Positions 11,567 through 24,783 of a DNA stretch of 64,000 nt are shown here, piece after piece (the first letter of the stretch is position 1; each line of letters opens with the position of its first letter). The position numbers were made by a program, and so were the translations under genes. Location: the NCBI GenBank assembly GCA_043228905.1, contig JBHGNT010000011.1, forward strand, positions 1,054,001-1,118,000, given 5' to 3'. The DNA comes from Azolla caroliniana. Taxonomy: Eukaryota > Plantae > Polypodiophyta. The notes under the pieces were generated by a model, which searched no databases, had not been told where the DNA came from, and saw only the letters and a program-made list of their open reading frames with translations.

Positions 11567-13742
11567 ATGCCTTTATAAAATATCGGCACATGCAGGCTAT
11601 TAAGAAATTTTGCAGAGTTGGGCCATAAAGCCCCTTGATGAACCAACTCATGAGTTTATCATTGAACATCTTGCGCCAGGATCAGACCGACTATGCAAAC
11701 TTTTGGTGCAACGCATGTAATCTCTGACTGTTTCTTTCCCTTCTTGCTTGAGCAAGAATAATTGGTCAATGGGGAACCATTTGTTCCCTCTCCAAGCAAA
11801 ATTTGTCAGGAAGTTCTCGATGACATAGCTGAAGTCAGTCAACAATCTTCCAGTAGGGTTTGGAACCAGATACCCACTTGGTCATCTAGTGTTAACCCGA
11901 ATGCTGCTACTCTTGTGGCATCTTAGATTGGTTCACATCCTCGACTAATCTGCTTAAATTGTTCCACATGGTCATAGGCATCTCAATATCCTGGAAAGTG
12001 GGGGATCAGTTTTGAGATAGAAGAGCTTTTGCAACAGCCATTCTCATTCCATCAAAGAGACTAATGTTTGAATAGACTATAATGCTATGGCCACCTTAGC
12101 ATTGGCAGGTAGATTTGAGCTTGGGTTTGTAGTGTCTTGATTCTACCTATTTGCTCAATATGACTATTCCTCAAATGCTCTTTTATTGTGTGCGGTGAGA
12201 GTACTACCAGTTGGGCTTGAATGTGGGTTTGACTCTAACCTAGTGTGAGGTGAGTTTTGCCTGTGAGGTTGAGGTTGAGGTTTACATTTATGTTTGGGCC
12301 CCACCAAGTGTTAACCTTCCACCATAACTTCGGGCTTGATTAGATGTGCTCTTTTCAACTTGATCATTCCTTTCTCGTTATTGATCATGGTGTTGGACAA
12401 ATTTTGAACGGGGAGGAGTTGCATTCGAGAGAGCATTTACGTCCAATTGCGTTTTTAATCGTGCAATCTCCTCGGCATGCTATTTTTCGCCCTGCCGAGA
12501 GTCCTTTGTCAGTTGGACGAACGCAGCTGAGAGTTCATTGTGGACTAGGGCAGCTTATTTTGCCTCTATTTGCCCTTGTTCCCTAGTGTTGTGGAGGGTT
12601 TCCTCCAATTGTTGGCGAACAACCTGCCCTTCTCGGTGCAATTTTTCTACCTCAGCCAAGCAAGTGCGGTATGCTTCAGTTTGCTTGGCAAGCTCATCTT
12701 GGGCAGTTGTTTGTTGGTTAACAAGGTCAGTGTTATGTTTCGTTAGTGTCTGCACCTGGCTGTGGTCTTCTATGCTAGCTCAGGAGAGCGCATTCAGGCG
12801 TTGGTAGAGTACGGATGTTACCTTGAGCATGTCCTGAATGGCATCCAGGTTAACTTGGGAGTACGGATGGGGTGTTTGTAGCCTTGTTCTGGGCTGTCGT
12901 GGTTCCAGTGGCTGCTATCTGATGAAGTACCTAGGTCATTATTGTGCCAGGTGTGGAGCTTTGACAGCGTTGTATCTTTGTCGATATTCTAGTTGCTTCA
13001 TCCTTGGGAGATTGGTGTGTGTTTTGTTGTCTTTGAGCTGGCAATGCCAGCATGCCTTCAAGCTGTAGTGACTGATTGGGTGTTGTTTGTGTCAGGCTCA
13101 CATCGATGTCCTCTAAGAGGACCACTTCGAGTTGTGTGGTGTTTGTGTATGGTGTTGTAGTCTCTGTCGGTAGGCTATGGTGCCTTTCTTCCAGTGCAGC
13201 AGATGGTTGTGCATGAGGCTGTCTCTGTTGATCTCATAAAGAGCATTCCCATCTTATAATAGGTTTACATAGGTTGGCAAGAGGGCTGATTATAATAATT
13301 GTCTGCCCATCTTTAAAGTAACTATATGTTTCTAGTACATTCCCATGCTTGTGAGTCAGTTTATTAGTCCCAGATCAAAATTGAATGCTTTAAGTTTCCT
13401 TCAAGCTTTCTTCTAGCTAATTATTTAGTTCGAATCTAACTAAAGTACTTATATTTGTGTTCACTCTAATTTTGGACGGATAACCCTATGTGTTAACACA
13501 TGTTTCTTGTCAAGAACTACGTGTTCCTCACTCGGCAGCTAATAATGATCATGCTCCGATGTTTCAAATGAGGATGTTATAAATTCCATCCTACTAAACA
13601 TGAACATAAAATAATTAATGGATCATGCTGTTCATGAAAAGCTTAATCTTCAATATCATCATTGGAAAAAAAAATATGAATAGAACTATGCATCTCCGTA
13701 GATCTTATCATAGTAATATCTTAAGGGATGAGATGGACATAC

Positions 13743-15409
13743 CTTACTGAAATTGAATACTATATCAAGTTCACAAACATTTTTGAAGCATTTGTCCAAT
13801 GACTCCACAAGCACTATATGAATTAATTATGCATCACAACATCATCAACTAGTAAACATTTCAACCAAAAGAACAAGTAGAAGAGTGATGTATACCTTGA
13901 ATTAGGTCAAGGATTCCCAGCTCACTTTCAGCATTGTCTACGATAAAGACAAAATATAGAGTGGCATAATGTTTATAGACCAATTTTGATTCCTGTCAAA
14001 CATCCAAAAGCCCTGAAATCATGCATTATTATGTGTAAATGAAATAAAATATGGTTTGCATTATATATTCAAATCGAAATTAAAAACTCACAGGGCCAAA
14101 TATCTTATCAGCATCTAGAAAGCTGCACATGCTCTCTGATCTACTAGACAATGCTGATATAAAAGAGGAAACAATCAACATTCAGCTCAAACTCTACACA
14201 ACTGTGCACGATACCATATGTGAGCCCTAAGAGGAGGATATATGCTATATATTATGCAAAAAAACTATAAAATACATTTTATAGTTTATCCATACACAAA
14301 CTCTACACAACTGTGCACGATACCATATGTGAGCCCTAAGAGGAGGATATATGCTATATATTATGCAAAAAAACTATAAAATACAATGCATCATACTTTT
14401 TTGCCTCTGAAATCTCAAAGATTGTCCAACTAATTCCCAGGAGAAGATATGTCTCCGTCAAGTAATATGGGACAAGTACTTCCAAGTAAAAGCTAAATCA
14501 TTTGGCCATCAGCCTAGTCTTATGCACAAATCTAATGTTTATACCAAAACTATCCCAACCATCCATCTATCAAAAAACTAGCTACGTCTCATTCAAGAAA
14601 TAAGATACAAATATTCTCTAGAGAAAGCTAAATCATTTGGCCCCTGGCCTAATCTTACGCACAAATCTAAGGTCTATACCCAAATTACACCAACCATTCA
14701 TCTAGCTTAAAACTAACATTGCATAGCTATGTCCACATCAAAGAATAGGAGACAACTACTTCCTAGCAAATGTTAAATCCTTTGGCCATTGGCATAATCT
14801 TATGCAAAAATCTAATGCTTATTCCGAACCTTAGACCAACCATTTATGTACGTAAAGAATCTCATTGTAAAGTTATGCATCATCAATGAATAGGACGCAA
14901 CTATTTGCTATAAAATATGAGAATCATCTGCCCATTGGCTTACTCCTATACATAAAATGCTTACATCAGGCTTAAATCTACCCCTCATCTAGAGGGACAA
15001 AAAGGACACATCAATCAAGTTAATGCACATCAACGACAAACCTTCAACAAGTTCTGTATAAGACAATGTTCGGGACAAAATAGCTGAATCTATCGATTGG
15101 ACCTCGGATTATTGCAGAAAAAAATAGAATCAATTCCAAAGTTTCAACTGAAGAATACGCAAACAGTGTGGATCTCTTTCCAAATGAGATTGCATAAAGA
15201 AAGAAAGAAAGAAAAATACCTGTATAAACGCTTCGAATTACTTCTTGCTGCTTATCTGCACGCTATGATCCATGCAAAAGCAATCGTTGAGATGTGGATT
15301 CTTAAAGCACTACAAGGACAAGAAGAACAAGAAGACTTACAAGAGGTTCATAGAACTTGGTGAGGCGAGGTTTGCCCTGAGTATTCAGTACCAGTACTGC
15401 GTGAATCAT
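13743..15409 (-). CDS. AP3S: AP-3 adaptor complex subunit sigma, first 5 exons (114 codons); 3' exon(s) not in window
   Basis: Exons 15409-15341, 15262-15220, 14153-14092, 13992-13896, 13813-13743, all GT-AG with consistent phases. Spliced product MIHAVLVLNTQGKPRLTKFYEPLRADKQQEVIRSVYTALSSRSESMCSFLDADKIFGPESKLVYKHYATLYFVFIVDNAESELGILDLIQVLVESLDKCFKNVCELDIVFNFSK carries AP-3 sigma hallmark motifs. Confidence 0.93.
14188..14385. repeat. Exact ~89-bp direct repeat (period 109) in AP3S intron 2
   Basis: caaactctacacaactgtgcacg...aactataaaataca at 14188 and 14297. Confidence 0.9.
14485..14960. repeat. Degenerate ~140-bp tandem array (3-4 units) in AP3S intron 2
   Basis: Motif aaatcatttggcc...c.ta.tctta.gca.aaatctaa.g...ata.c...ccaaccat recurs at ~14495, ~14630, ~14774 and ~14922. 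Confidence 0.75.
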
Positions 15410-16336
15410 CTTGATTACCCTGTCCGCATGTGAGAAACTCTATGTCTGTCTGTGTGTTTGCATGTATGTGTGTATGTATACATAGAGGGAGGGAGGTATG
15501 TATGTGTATTTCTATTTGTATATATACGTGTACGTGTACTTCTATCTGTACCTATACATATACCGTATACGCATAGAATGAACCATACGTACCATACGTG
15601 CATTCGAGAATGATTCAATCAAACGTGTATCGTAAATCATCTCAAAGTTGGATTGGATTGGATTTATAAGTTGGAAAAAAAAAAATAAAGATTGAAATTT
15701 CAAAAAATGACTATCGTCTATATTATATATTGATTGAACCAAATGTCTAACACAATTGAAAGTCCAAAACTTAGGAATCACTTAACTACTAAACATTAGA
15801 AAGCACGAACATAAAAACCAAATGATTTAAAGACATAATTGTATTGGTGATGAGCTCAGCTCCTCTTGCAATTATCGATGTTCTCATCTCGCAATTAGTG
15901 AAGGTATCAATTTCTTCACTTTAGAACTTTACAAAAAAATGAGTATGAACTATAGAGATTGAATCAAAATATGTCATTATAAATTATAATCAAACGTTCA
16001 AAAACTCATAAAATGTACCATCAAGAATATGAAGAAAACATGACACTAACATAAACATATATTCATGAATATGAAGAAAACATGACACTAACATAAAATT
16101 TTAGTATGACATGACACTAGAGAGAGAGAGAGAGAGAGAGATGTGGGAAAATGAGAATTTGAACACAAGACATAAGCAATGGTACCACAACAAATTACCA
16201 CTAGGGTGGGCTAATTTCAAACAATAAAAATAAGAAAAAGATAAAATACCTATTTTTCACATATTTGTTTCCAAACGTTTGTATGCTTGCATGAACACGT
16301 TTATTACGAAACGTTTGATATATGTATGCATATACG

Positions 16337-16832
16337 TGTAGCAAAGAAAACAACAAGATACACAACAAAAACTATGCACAATGCACCACAAATTTTTAAT
16401 GTAGAGAACCCTCAAAGAGGTAAAAACCACGAGACCTAGTCCAGAAATAATTCACTATCGACGTAAAACTTAAACACCAAAGTTCTATTCTAAACAAGTT
16501 AGAGTACTATGAGAAAGAAAGGAATGTGAGATTTCCTCAACAACTAAACCCAACTAAAAGACTAAAAACCAACCACCAAAAACTCACAGCACATGGTTGA
16601 TGACGGAGGCGGTGAAGTCTGAGATGTCGATGTTTAATAAGTGTATACACGAGCACTAAAGGAGCAGGCCAAGAAAGGGAGTATGAGCTCTCTAAAATCT
16701 GTTTTTCTTGCACAACAAAAAAATGTTCGTTTTTCTCTTTTAACTCACTTTCAAAAGTGAGGATAGATGTGTGAACATCTAAGTGTGACCCCTTTGCACA
16801 TTGAAGTTTTGGGCGTCCATGGCCCATTTACA
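16337..16832 (-). mobile_element. Probable Copia-type solo LTR remnant
   Basis: TG...CA bounded. Contains atttttaatgtagagaaccc...ggtaaaaaccacg...ttcacta, resembling Copia LTR U5 motifs. No clean TSD. Confidence 0.45.
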
Positions 16833-17369
16833 CACTAAATATGTGGACAGAAAACTATATGTATACGTGTAGGGGTGTATGTGTGCATGTGCATATGAGT
16901 GTATATGTGTATGTGTATGTACAATTGTATGTTATATATGAATGTGTGTTCACAAGTGTGTGTGTGTAGCACCAAGGAGTGTTATATATATATATATATA
17001 TGGGATCGTAACCCAAACCCTATGGTTGGATCCATGATGCAAAAGATATTGGTTTAATTACATTAGTAATGAGAGACAATAGTTTGCCATTGCAAGTGGC
17101 TGAATTATGGTCTCCAAAAAATGTTTTACGAGACTCAATGGCCATGAGAGTAGTTAATGGTTTACGAGAAAGCTCAGAATTTTTCCGGCGTAAATCTAAG
17201 GAAAAGTTGTGTATGCTTCAACCACAAGAGAAACGATGTCGTACTTCTACCATTTCCTTACAAGAGAAACGATGTTGTAGGAACATTGTCCACATTATGT
17301 TTGGATCCCTCAGTAACTTGGGACAACAAACAAGAACTTGTACCTCTAAAAAACGAGCACAATTCCATT

Positions 17370-20236
17370 ATTGTTGCATCTAAGTGGACCCAAATGGGAG
17401 ATAAAGGCACTACTGAATTTTTTCATGCAATGAGACCCTATCATGATGAGAATGGGACCATCTCATCCGACCCACACGTGATCAATGAGATAGCCACACT
17501 CTACTATTCCAAATTACTATCATCAAAGACATTTTCCACATGTCGGTCATGTGTTTGGAATAAGTGGGAACCAAGAATAACACTATGCATGATTTTTCAA
17601 CTTCATGCAGTCTTTACTTATGACGAAATGAGTGAAGCATTTCACACTTTGCCTAAACATAGTTGCCTAGGCATGAATGGTTTAATCCCAACTCTCTTCA
17701 TTAAATATTGGGACTTATTCAAGGTAGATTTATGTACAACCTTCCAACAAATTCTTCGTGACGGTTGTATGCCTCCACATTTTATAGAAGGACTAACTTG
17801 CCTTATCCCTAAGCAAGAGGACCATTCACTAGACATCAAGAAATGGCGCCTCTATTACCATACTCGATACAATTTATAAAATCTTGGCGAAAGCAATTAG
17901 TATACGCCTTTGTACTATATTGCCTACAATTATTCACCCAGCCCAAACATGTTTCATACAAGAAAGAAGTATCTTGGATCATGTTTATACATTTTGGGAA
18001 TCTGTTACACTGACAACCAAATCCAAACAAAAGTTGGCAATTGTTATGCATGATTTGACAAAGCTTATGACTTTTGTTGATTGGGAGTTTTTGCAAGGTG
18101 CGTGACTAGATTTGGTTTCTCTTAGGAATGGATAACAAGCAGGTATTTCCTCATTATATAGTTCAACTCTAAGACAAGTCTTTATTAGCTGGAAATTATG
18201 GCCCTCTTTCTTCTATTACATAGTCGTTTACATAAGGTTGCCCTTTGTCTCCTATAAGATACCCCATTTCGGTATCGAGGATGTACAATAAGTATTGATT
18301 TATCAATAGAAAATCAAGTGGCACCCTTCTTACGGACATTATAGAAAAAGTTGTTATTATGGAGTTCAACAAAGTTGCCTTTTGTTGTACGAATTGTAGT
18401 TGCCAACTAAGCATTGTTGGCAACAACATAATATGTTTTACCTTGTTGGATCTTTTCCAAGTCATGCATCTTGCAAATATGGAGATTGATTCAAAATTTC
18501 TTATGGTCAGGAAAAACAGAGGGTTATGCTCGGTCCAAAGTAAAATGGGATGTTATTACCTTACCTTGTTTTAAAGGAGGACCATGTATTATTGACTAGT
18601 AGACCAATCAAGAGCCATGTTAACTAAGTTGATTATTTAATTTAATCTGGGGTGGGAGATATGGAAAGTATTGTTGCTCAACCATTGTTCGGAATGCTTT
18701 CCTCACTTAGGTGCACCTTGGTTAATGGATGTCAATTAGATATTTAGGGAAAATTTCAGAGTACCTTCATCCCATGGAGGGAGGACAAATTTATTCATAT
18801 TGTTTTTCTACATGGGGACAAGTCAAGTTCTTGGTTTGCTATGCAATAAACCCAAACCTACTCATTATGATGAGTATCTAAGACAATGGTTGGTATGGAA
18901 CTTGTTGTTTACGACATCAAATGGTTTAGTGTTCTAGACAATGGTTGGCATGGGGGGAAATGGTTGGTCTTGCTAACTCAGTCAAGACCTAACAGGTTTT
19001 CTTATCGCGCTCCTAGGAGGAACAAAAACAAGTACTATCTTGGATGCATGGAGGACAACTAATGTATCATCAAATTCAAGATGCTATGAGTAGAGTCACC
19101 ATACCACCGCCTAGCTCTTACCGTAGATGGGTACTAGGTGGGTTTTCAAGATTGGAAGTTTTGTTCACTGTAAAGGGGTATTTAGAGGATAAGACCTTCC
19201 GTCTTTTTGATGTGGATAATGCAAATCAATTGTCTCAGTCGTAGGATACGGTAATCGATTATCTTTATGTTATGAAACATGATATAAGGGTAATAGGATA
19301 TTTTAATTGCAAATGGTATATTGACCCACCAAACATTGGAAGTTATGGGTGCTGGGTAAACAACCTTTGTTTAGATTAGCATGGGACCTAGTTGATTATT
19401 AGTGGAAAGATCCATTTACTGGTAACAACTTTAATTTTTTCCAATATTTTGTATAGTTGGGAATACATGTTTTGTTAGATAGACAGGATGTGTCACCAAC
19501 TGCATTTCAATACTCGAGTCAATAGGGTATTACTCCAATGTTTCTTGCTGAGTTCTAGATTAACATATGGACTAGAAAATAGTCACAACAAATATTTCAT
19601 GTACAATGGTTACTTGTGCATCGAGCCTTGCATGTTGACACATGGTTGCATAAGATGGACATATCCTCAAGTTGTGCTCATTGTCATATACAAGTTGAAA
19701 CTCAAAAGCATTTGTTTATAGGACTGCATTGAGTCTCACCTAGTGTGGCAATGCCTCCTTAGAATATTTGCTAACTACTTTCCTCCATCAGTATTCACAT
19801 GGGGAATGGTGGTTTGGACATCACTTGTTCTCTCTACTTTCCATTACGACACCGAATCTATGGACCATGGTTTTCACACTAACTTTGGAAGTCTTTCTAG
19901 TTTTTAGAGATAAGGTAGGAGGTGCAACCATTATGGTATAACATCTAGAAGGCTCGGTGCTCTCTTGTTTTTCATTAAGTTATAGCCTCACCAATTGAAT
20001 TGGTAAATATATTTGGTTGGACATGTATTATTGTAGATTTTGGCGATAAAGCTACTCAATGCCATCAGTTTCTAACTTTGTGGAAAGTTATTCCACTTAT
20101 GTCCTCGAAGAATGGCACTCCTTTTTGGCACTTTCAGCCACCACGATGGTTGTTCCCTCCGCCAATCACTTACAAATCAAAACTTTGTAAATTGTTTACA
20201 TTAATGAATGGATATCTTTTCAATCAAATAAAATAC
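17370..20236 (+). mobile_element. Degenerate L1 LINE (RT and zf-RVT remnants, A-rich 3' end)
   Basis: W.QMGDKGTTEFF, LPKHSCLGMNG, LIPK...IKKWR, YKILAKAISIRL...IIHPAQTCFI...VDWEFL, GCPLSP. Many stops and frameshifts. Confidence 0.85.
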
Positions 20237-21567
20237 ACTAATGATGAGTCGAAAGGATGTGAAAGACCATCATTGTGTCTCAAGAATGTGTTTTTCATTG
20301 GGGATGTTGAATTAAGATCATACAATTAAGGAAATGCGGCGTTGGCTACTTGAGGGAGGTGCATGGATAAGCAAATAAATTCCTTTTGCATCTATCTTGG
20401 ATTTGTCCTCACCTAGCTCTTTTCTTGTGGTAAGTTACCCACTACATAGGGTTTGAGCCCTTTGCTGTCTCTTTTCTTCATAGGTTCAATATTTTGTGCC
20501 ATGATGTGCCATGACACTCTAGATATTCATGATCAACACACTATTGGGCATTTGATGACTTATCCACATTTAGTATTTCAGTTTTCCCTATCATGACCCC
20601 TTTATGTTTGTCACGACTTTTGAATTGGTAGCCGAATTTATGGCTTGAAATTTTATTGTTTCTAATCAAACATGTTATAATTTGTTTTTCATGGGTTCAC
20701 TTCACTTTGAAGCTTTTCGTGGATAATATAATGTATTGCTCTGAAGGGTTGCACAGGGGTATTTAAGGAAATAACCGGAAGATAGGGTCATTTCAAAGTT
20801 CTGAATATCAAATATCGCGACCTTCTTTCAATATCTAAAAAAGCATTTCTTATACAAAATCAATGCATCATTAAGGTAGATGTAACTACATAACTCTATG
20901 ATTATTATTTAACTTCGGATTACCTCATAATTAGAGAACATATGATGGTAATTGATGTAATTACCACTGTGTTATGTACAAATATGTAGTGCTACTGAAA
21001 TTTGGATGACTATACTATTGATATCAAATATAGGCTTGGAAGCCTGAAAATAAATATCGTTGTTACATTTCAAATGTCAATGGTCTAATATGATGAAATA
21101 AATAGCGTGTATTGTTGTATATACTCTTCTTCGATAAGATGAAGAAAGGGAACCATAAGCATTGTTGGTAGGTTCCCTACTACATTCCAAATGTCAAATT
21201 ATGGTACGTACGACATTTGGATGACTTCTTCCATGGTATGAAGATTGGCGTTGAAGCTTCGGACGGTTCATACGAGGTCATGCATGGGTTTATGGACGGA
21301 CAACGGACCACACAAGGACGGGGGGATAAACTTATCAAGGCTTGTCGAAGCACGTAAATCTCGGTCAGAAGCGTTCGCCTTCTTACGTGAAAAGGAAGAA
21401 GCTTATTGACAAAATAAAGAAGCTCACCGAGCATGTCCTTAAAATAATAAAAAAGGCACTCCCCCCATCCTCTCATTCACCGGATTGCATGGCCACTCGA
21501 ATACCCGCTCATCCATGTGTTCGGGGTCCATGGCGGCCCACGAGGTGCCAATATGTGTGTGTGTGTG

Positions 21568-21603
<36 letters not shown>

Positions 21604-21826
21604 AAGAGAGAGAAAATCAATAGCCGTTATGTAGTAAGTAGAGAAGAGTGTGAATTGTATGTATTTTGTATGCTAGAGAAGGCAACGGCAATATGTATAC
21701 ATATACATATTTCTTAATAACACGCTGCTGTGCTTATCTTCTTCTTCTTCTTCGTACTTACTATACTTTACTATTTCTGGTTAATTACGTTTCTGTCCCC
21801 CTCCCCTGCTCCTACCTCCTAAAACC

Positions 21827-21857
<31 letters not shown>

Positions 21858-22017
21858 CTTTAATATCTATCTCCCCCTGTCTGAAGATCAGCACAAGGAC
21901 AAGACAAAAGCCAGCAAGCACCAAACAGTAATTGAAAGAAGACAGTCACAGATTGAGAGAGAGAGAGAGACAGAGACAGAGAAGAAGGGAAGAGACCTTA
22001 AGAACCGCCTTTTGGAT

Positions 22018-23024
22018 ATGGCTATGGCTATGGCTATGGCTATGCCTGTTGCCTTCTTCCTCCTCCTCGTCTTGCTAATTCTTACATTTGGTATGTGGGT
22101 TGTGATACCATGCACTTCTTGTTGTGGTTGATTATGATATCATTCCTTCATGTATACAATACAAATTCAGTGTTCCATATTTTAACAAATCGATTGATTG
22201 GCAACTGGTTGGTTGGTTGATTGATGGATTGATGGATTCATTGATTGATTGTAGGAAGTATTGTCGCCCCTGCTGGTTTAGCAGCCGCTACCACATTCAC
22301 CCTCATCAACAGCTGCTCTTACTCCGTGTGGCCCGGCATCTCGGCCGATGCGGGTCAGCCATTGCTCGCCCAGGGCGGCCTCGCCCTCACCCCGGGCCAA
22401 ACCATGCAGCTCCCGGCCCCCGATGGATGGTCGGGCCGATTCTGGGGCCGCACGGGCTGCAGCTTCGACGGTACTACGGGACACGGGTCGTGCGAGACAG
22501 GGGACTGTGGCGGTGTCCTGGAGTGCGCTGGTGCGGGCGGGAGCCCACCCATAACGCTGGCCGAATTCACGCTGGGGCAGAAGGATTTCTACGACGTGAG
22601 CCTCGTGGACGGCTACAACGTGGCCGTGACAGTGTCTGCCGAGGGGGGCGACCGGACAACGAATTCTGGGTCGGGGTCAGGGGACACGACGCCGCCATGT
22701 GCCAATGCGGGTTGTGGGGGTGGGCCGGCCGGCGCAGACAACGATGACCGGCTGTTGATGGGCGGGTGCCCCGCGGACCTTATCCAGACCGACTCGGCCG
22801 GGCGGGTGGTGGCGTGCCGGAGCGCGTGCGAGGCATTCGCGCAACCGCAGTACTGCTGCACGGGGGCCTTCAACACGCCGCAGACTTGTGGGCCCTCGAG
22901 CTACTCGAGGCTCTTCAAGTCGGCGTGTCCCTCGGCTTATAGCTATGCTTACGATGACCCGTCGAGCACCTTCACATGTTCGGGAGCATCGGGTTATACC
23001 ATCACATTTTGCCCAACTTCTTGA
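22018..23024 (+). CDS. Thaumatin-like protein (PR-5 family), secreted, 16-Cys long type
   Basis: Exon 1 22018-22090 encodes signal peptide MAMAMAMAMPVAFFLLLVLLILTF. Phase-1 GT-AG intron, exon 2 22255-23024. Motifs NSCSYSVWPG, WSGRFWGRTGC, CETGDCGG, TLAEF, DFYDVSLVDGYN, CPSAYSYAYDD, ITFCP. 16 Cys counted. Confidence 0.96.
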
Positions 23025-24783
23025 TCCTCACAATCCACAACCCAACTCCCACCATACATCCCCGAAAACCTAACCATAACCCTCTTTTCTTATTTAGCCA
23101 TTGTCATATATATATATATATTCGTGGGTGAGTGGTGTGTGTTTCTTTCTTTCTTTGTAGGGCTTCCATTTGAATTGTCTCTTAATTTTTTACTCAATGC
23201 AATATAATTAATTTTACTCAATTAATTTGATTATTCATTCTGATTGTCCCTGAATTTTATTTACTCAATGATTGTGTTCATGCAATGAATAATATTATTG
23301 TGGATTAGTAATAACTATAACAAGAAGAAATAGCCTGCCCATTCATCCCCTTAGGCATATGTCAAGGTGATGCTACAGTCCCTCACCTTTCATCCTCTTT
23401 ATTTAGACTCCACATGTGTAGCATTAATTGGACAATGGAAAGCCATGCTACATTTTCATTGGACAATGGAAAACCATGCTAGGGAGCAAGAAGTCTATTC
23501 AAATATATAAACTAATAGGGGGAAATAATGCTTGTTTATTGACCATTGAGGTATTCAAATCCATTAAAATCTATAAACTAATCGGGAGAAAGAATCCTCT
23601 GCATATTTTTGTATGTTTAGTAATTTTAAGTCATATTTACTTTTTGAACGAAAGAAACAGTAGGATTATATCATACATACAAGAAAAAAATTCTTCATGG
23701 TTGTGCAAACCTAACTATTTCCAACCTTCTCTTATGGTCAAATCTACCCACTCTTTCACCTTTAGGGGTAGTTAGATGAGTTGCTACCATGGTTGTACAT
23801 TCATTCGAACCATATCTCAGGCCCTGTATGTTGATGTGTTAACACTTCATTTGTGATCTAGTAAATTACAAGAAAATGATCTAGACTTGAAAACTTTTGT
23901 AAACTTCCTAAGAATATTTAGGCAGTATTCAGCCCAAGTATATATAAGCAATTAGAGTCATATCTTATATATGTTTTCTGGTTTATCCAAACAGTTAACT
24001 GTATATTCAACTCTAAACCCTAAACTAAGAAACAACCCCAGTCTAGAATGGATTTGTCTTCCCTATGTATGATTACAAATACAAATTTTGAATGATTTCC
24101 CAATGAAGGAATTTGGGGAAAAACTCAAGAAAGAAAATTTCTATCTAGTTTTGATTCTAACTCCAATGCTTTCCAATCAAGAAAGCTTTTGCTTACAAAT
24201 CTTAGTCTTGTTCATTGAAAATTACATGGATGTGAATAACCTCTTTCTTGCCTCCTGCAATGTATTCTCCTACATAGTTGATCAATTGTTCCAACAAAAT
24301 GGCTTCATAGGTTTTAGTACATAGATATGAACGTGAAAGACAGACTACATTCTTGTTTACACAAATTGCGTGACAGGTTTTTAGAATAGGTTTGTAATCA
24401 AGGGAAATTATGGCAGATAGTCGTGGGAAACATAAAAATTACCCAACCATTAAAACATGCTTTTAGGGAACTAATCATACACAACAACGTTTTCAGAAGG
24501 GCATGCAATAGGTCTTCTAAAGCCTTTACCGACTTTAAATCCATATATTTTATTGAATGAAAAATTTATTGAATGAAAGTGTATAAATTATTGAATGAAA
24601 AGTTTATTGAATGAGAGTGTATAAATATATGTTGTTATTGAATGGAAAAGCTCTATATTATTGCTCACTAAACATAACTAGGGGTGTGTTTCGGAAGCCG
24701 CTCAAATGCCTATGTTTTATGGTTGAGATCAGTAGATAAGCACTAGACTACACTTTACAATATGGACGGTCGTCTCTAACATA

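Larger units (their letters stand above)
8259..13150 (-). mobile_element. Degenerate Ty3/Gypsy element (Tat/Athila-like): gag, aspartic protease, start of RT; 3'-truncated
   Basis: Gag-like LKQEGKETVRDY and WFIKGL at 11600-11850. Protease AIINTGARVNVIS at 9687-9878. Pre-RT EFKDVFTWGYEDMKG...VVSHTI at 8384-8566. RT start II*PIERTAWVSLLVVVP is cut at 8259. The 5' boundary is uncertain. Confidence 0.8.

Noticed and set aside
22124-22876. Overlapping and antisense ORFs across the thaumatin exon
   Set aside because: Expected in GC-rich coding DNA; no recognisable motifs.
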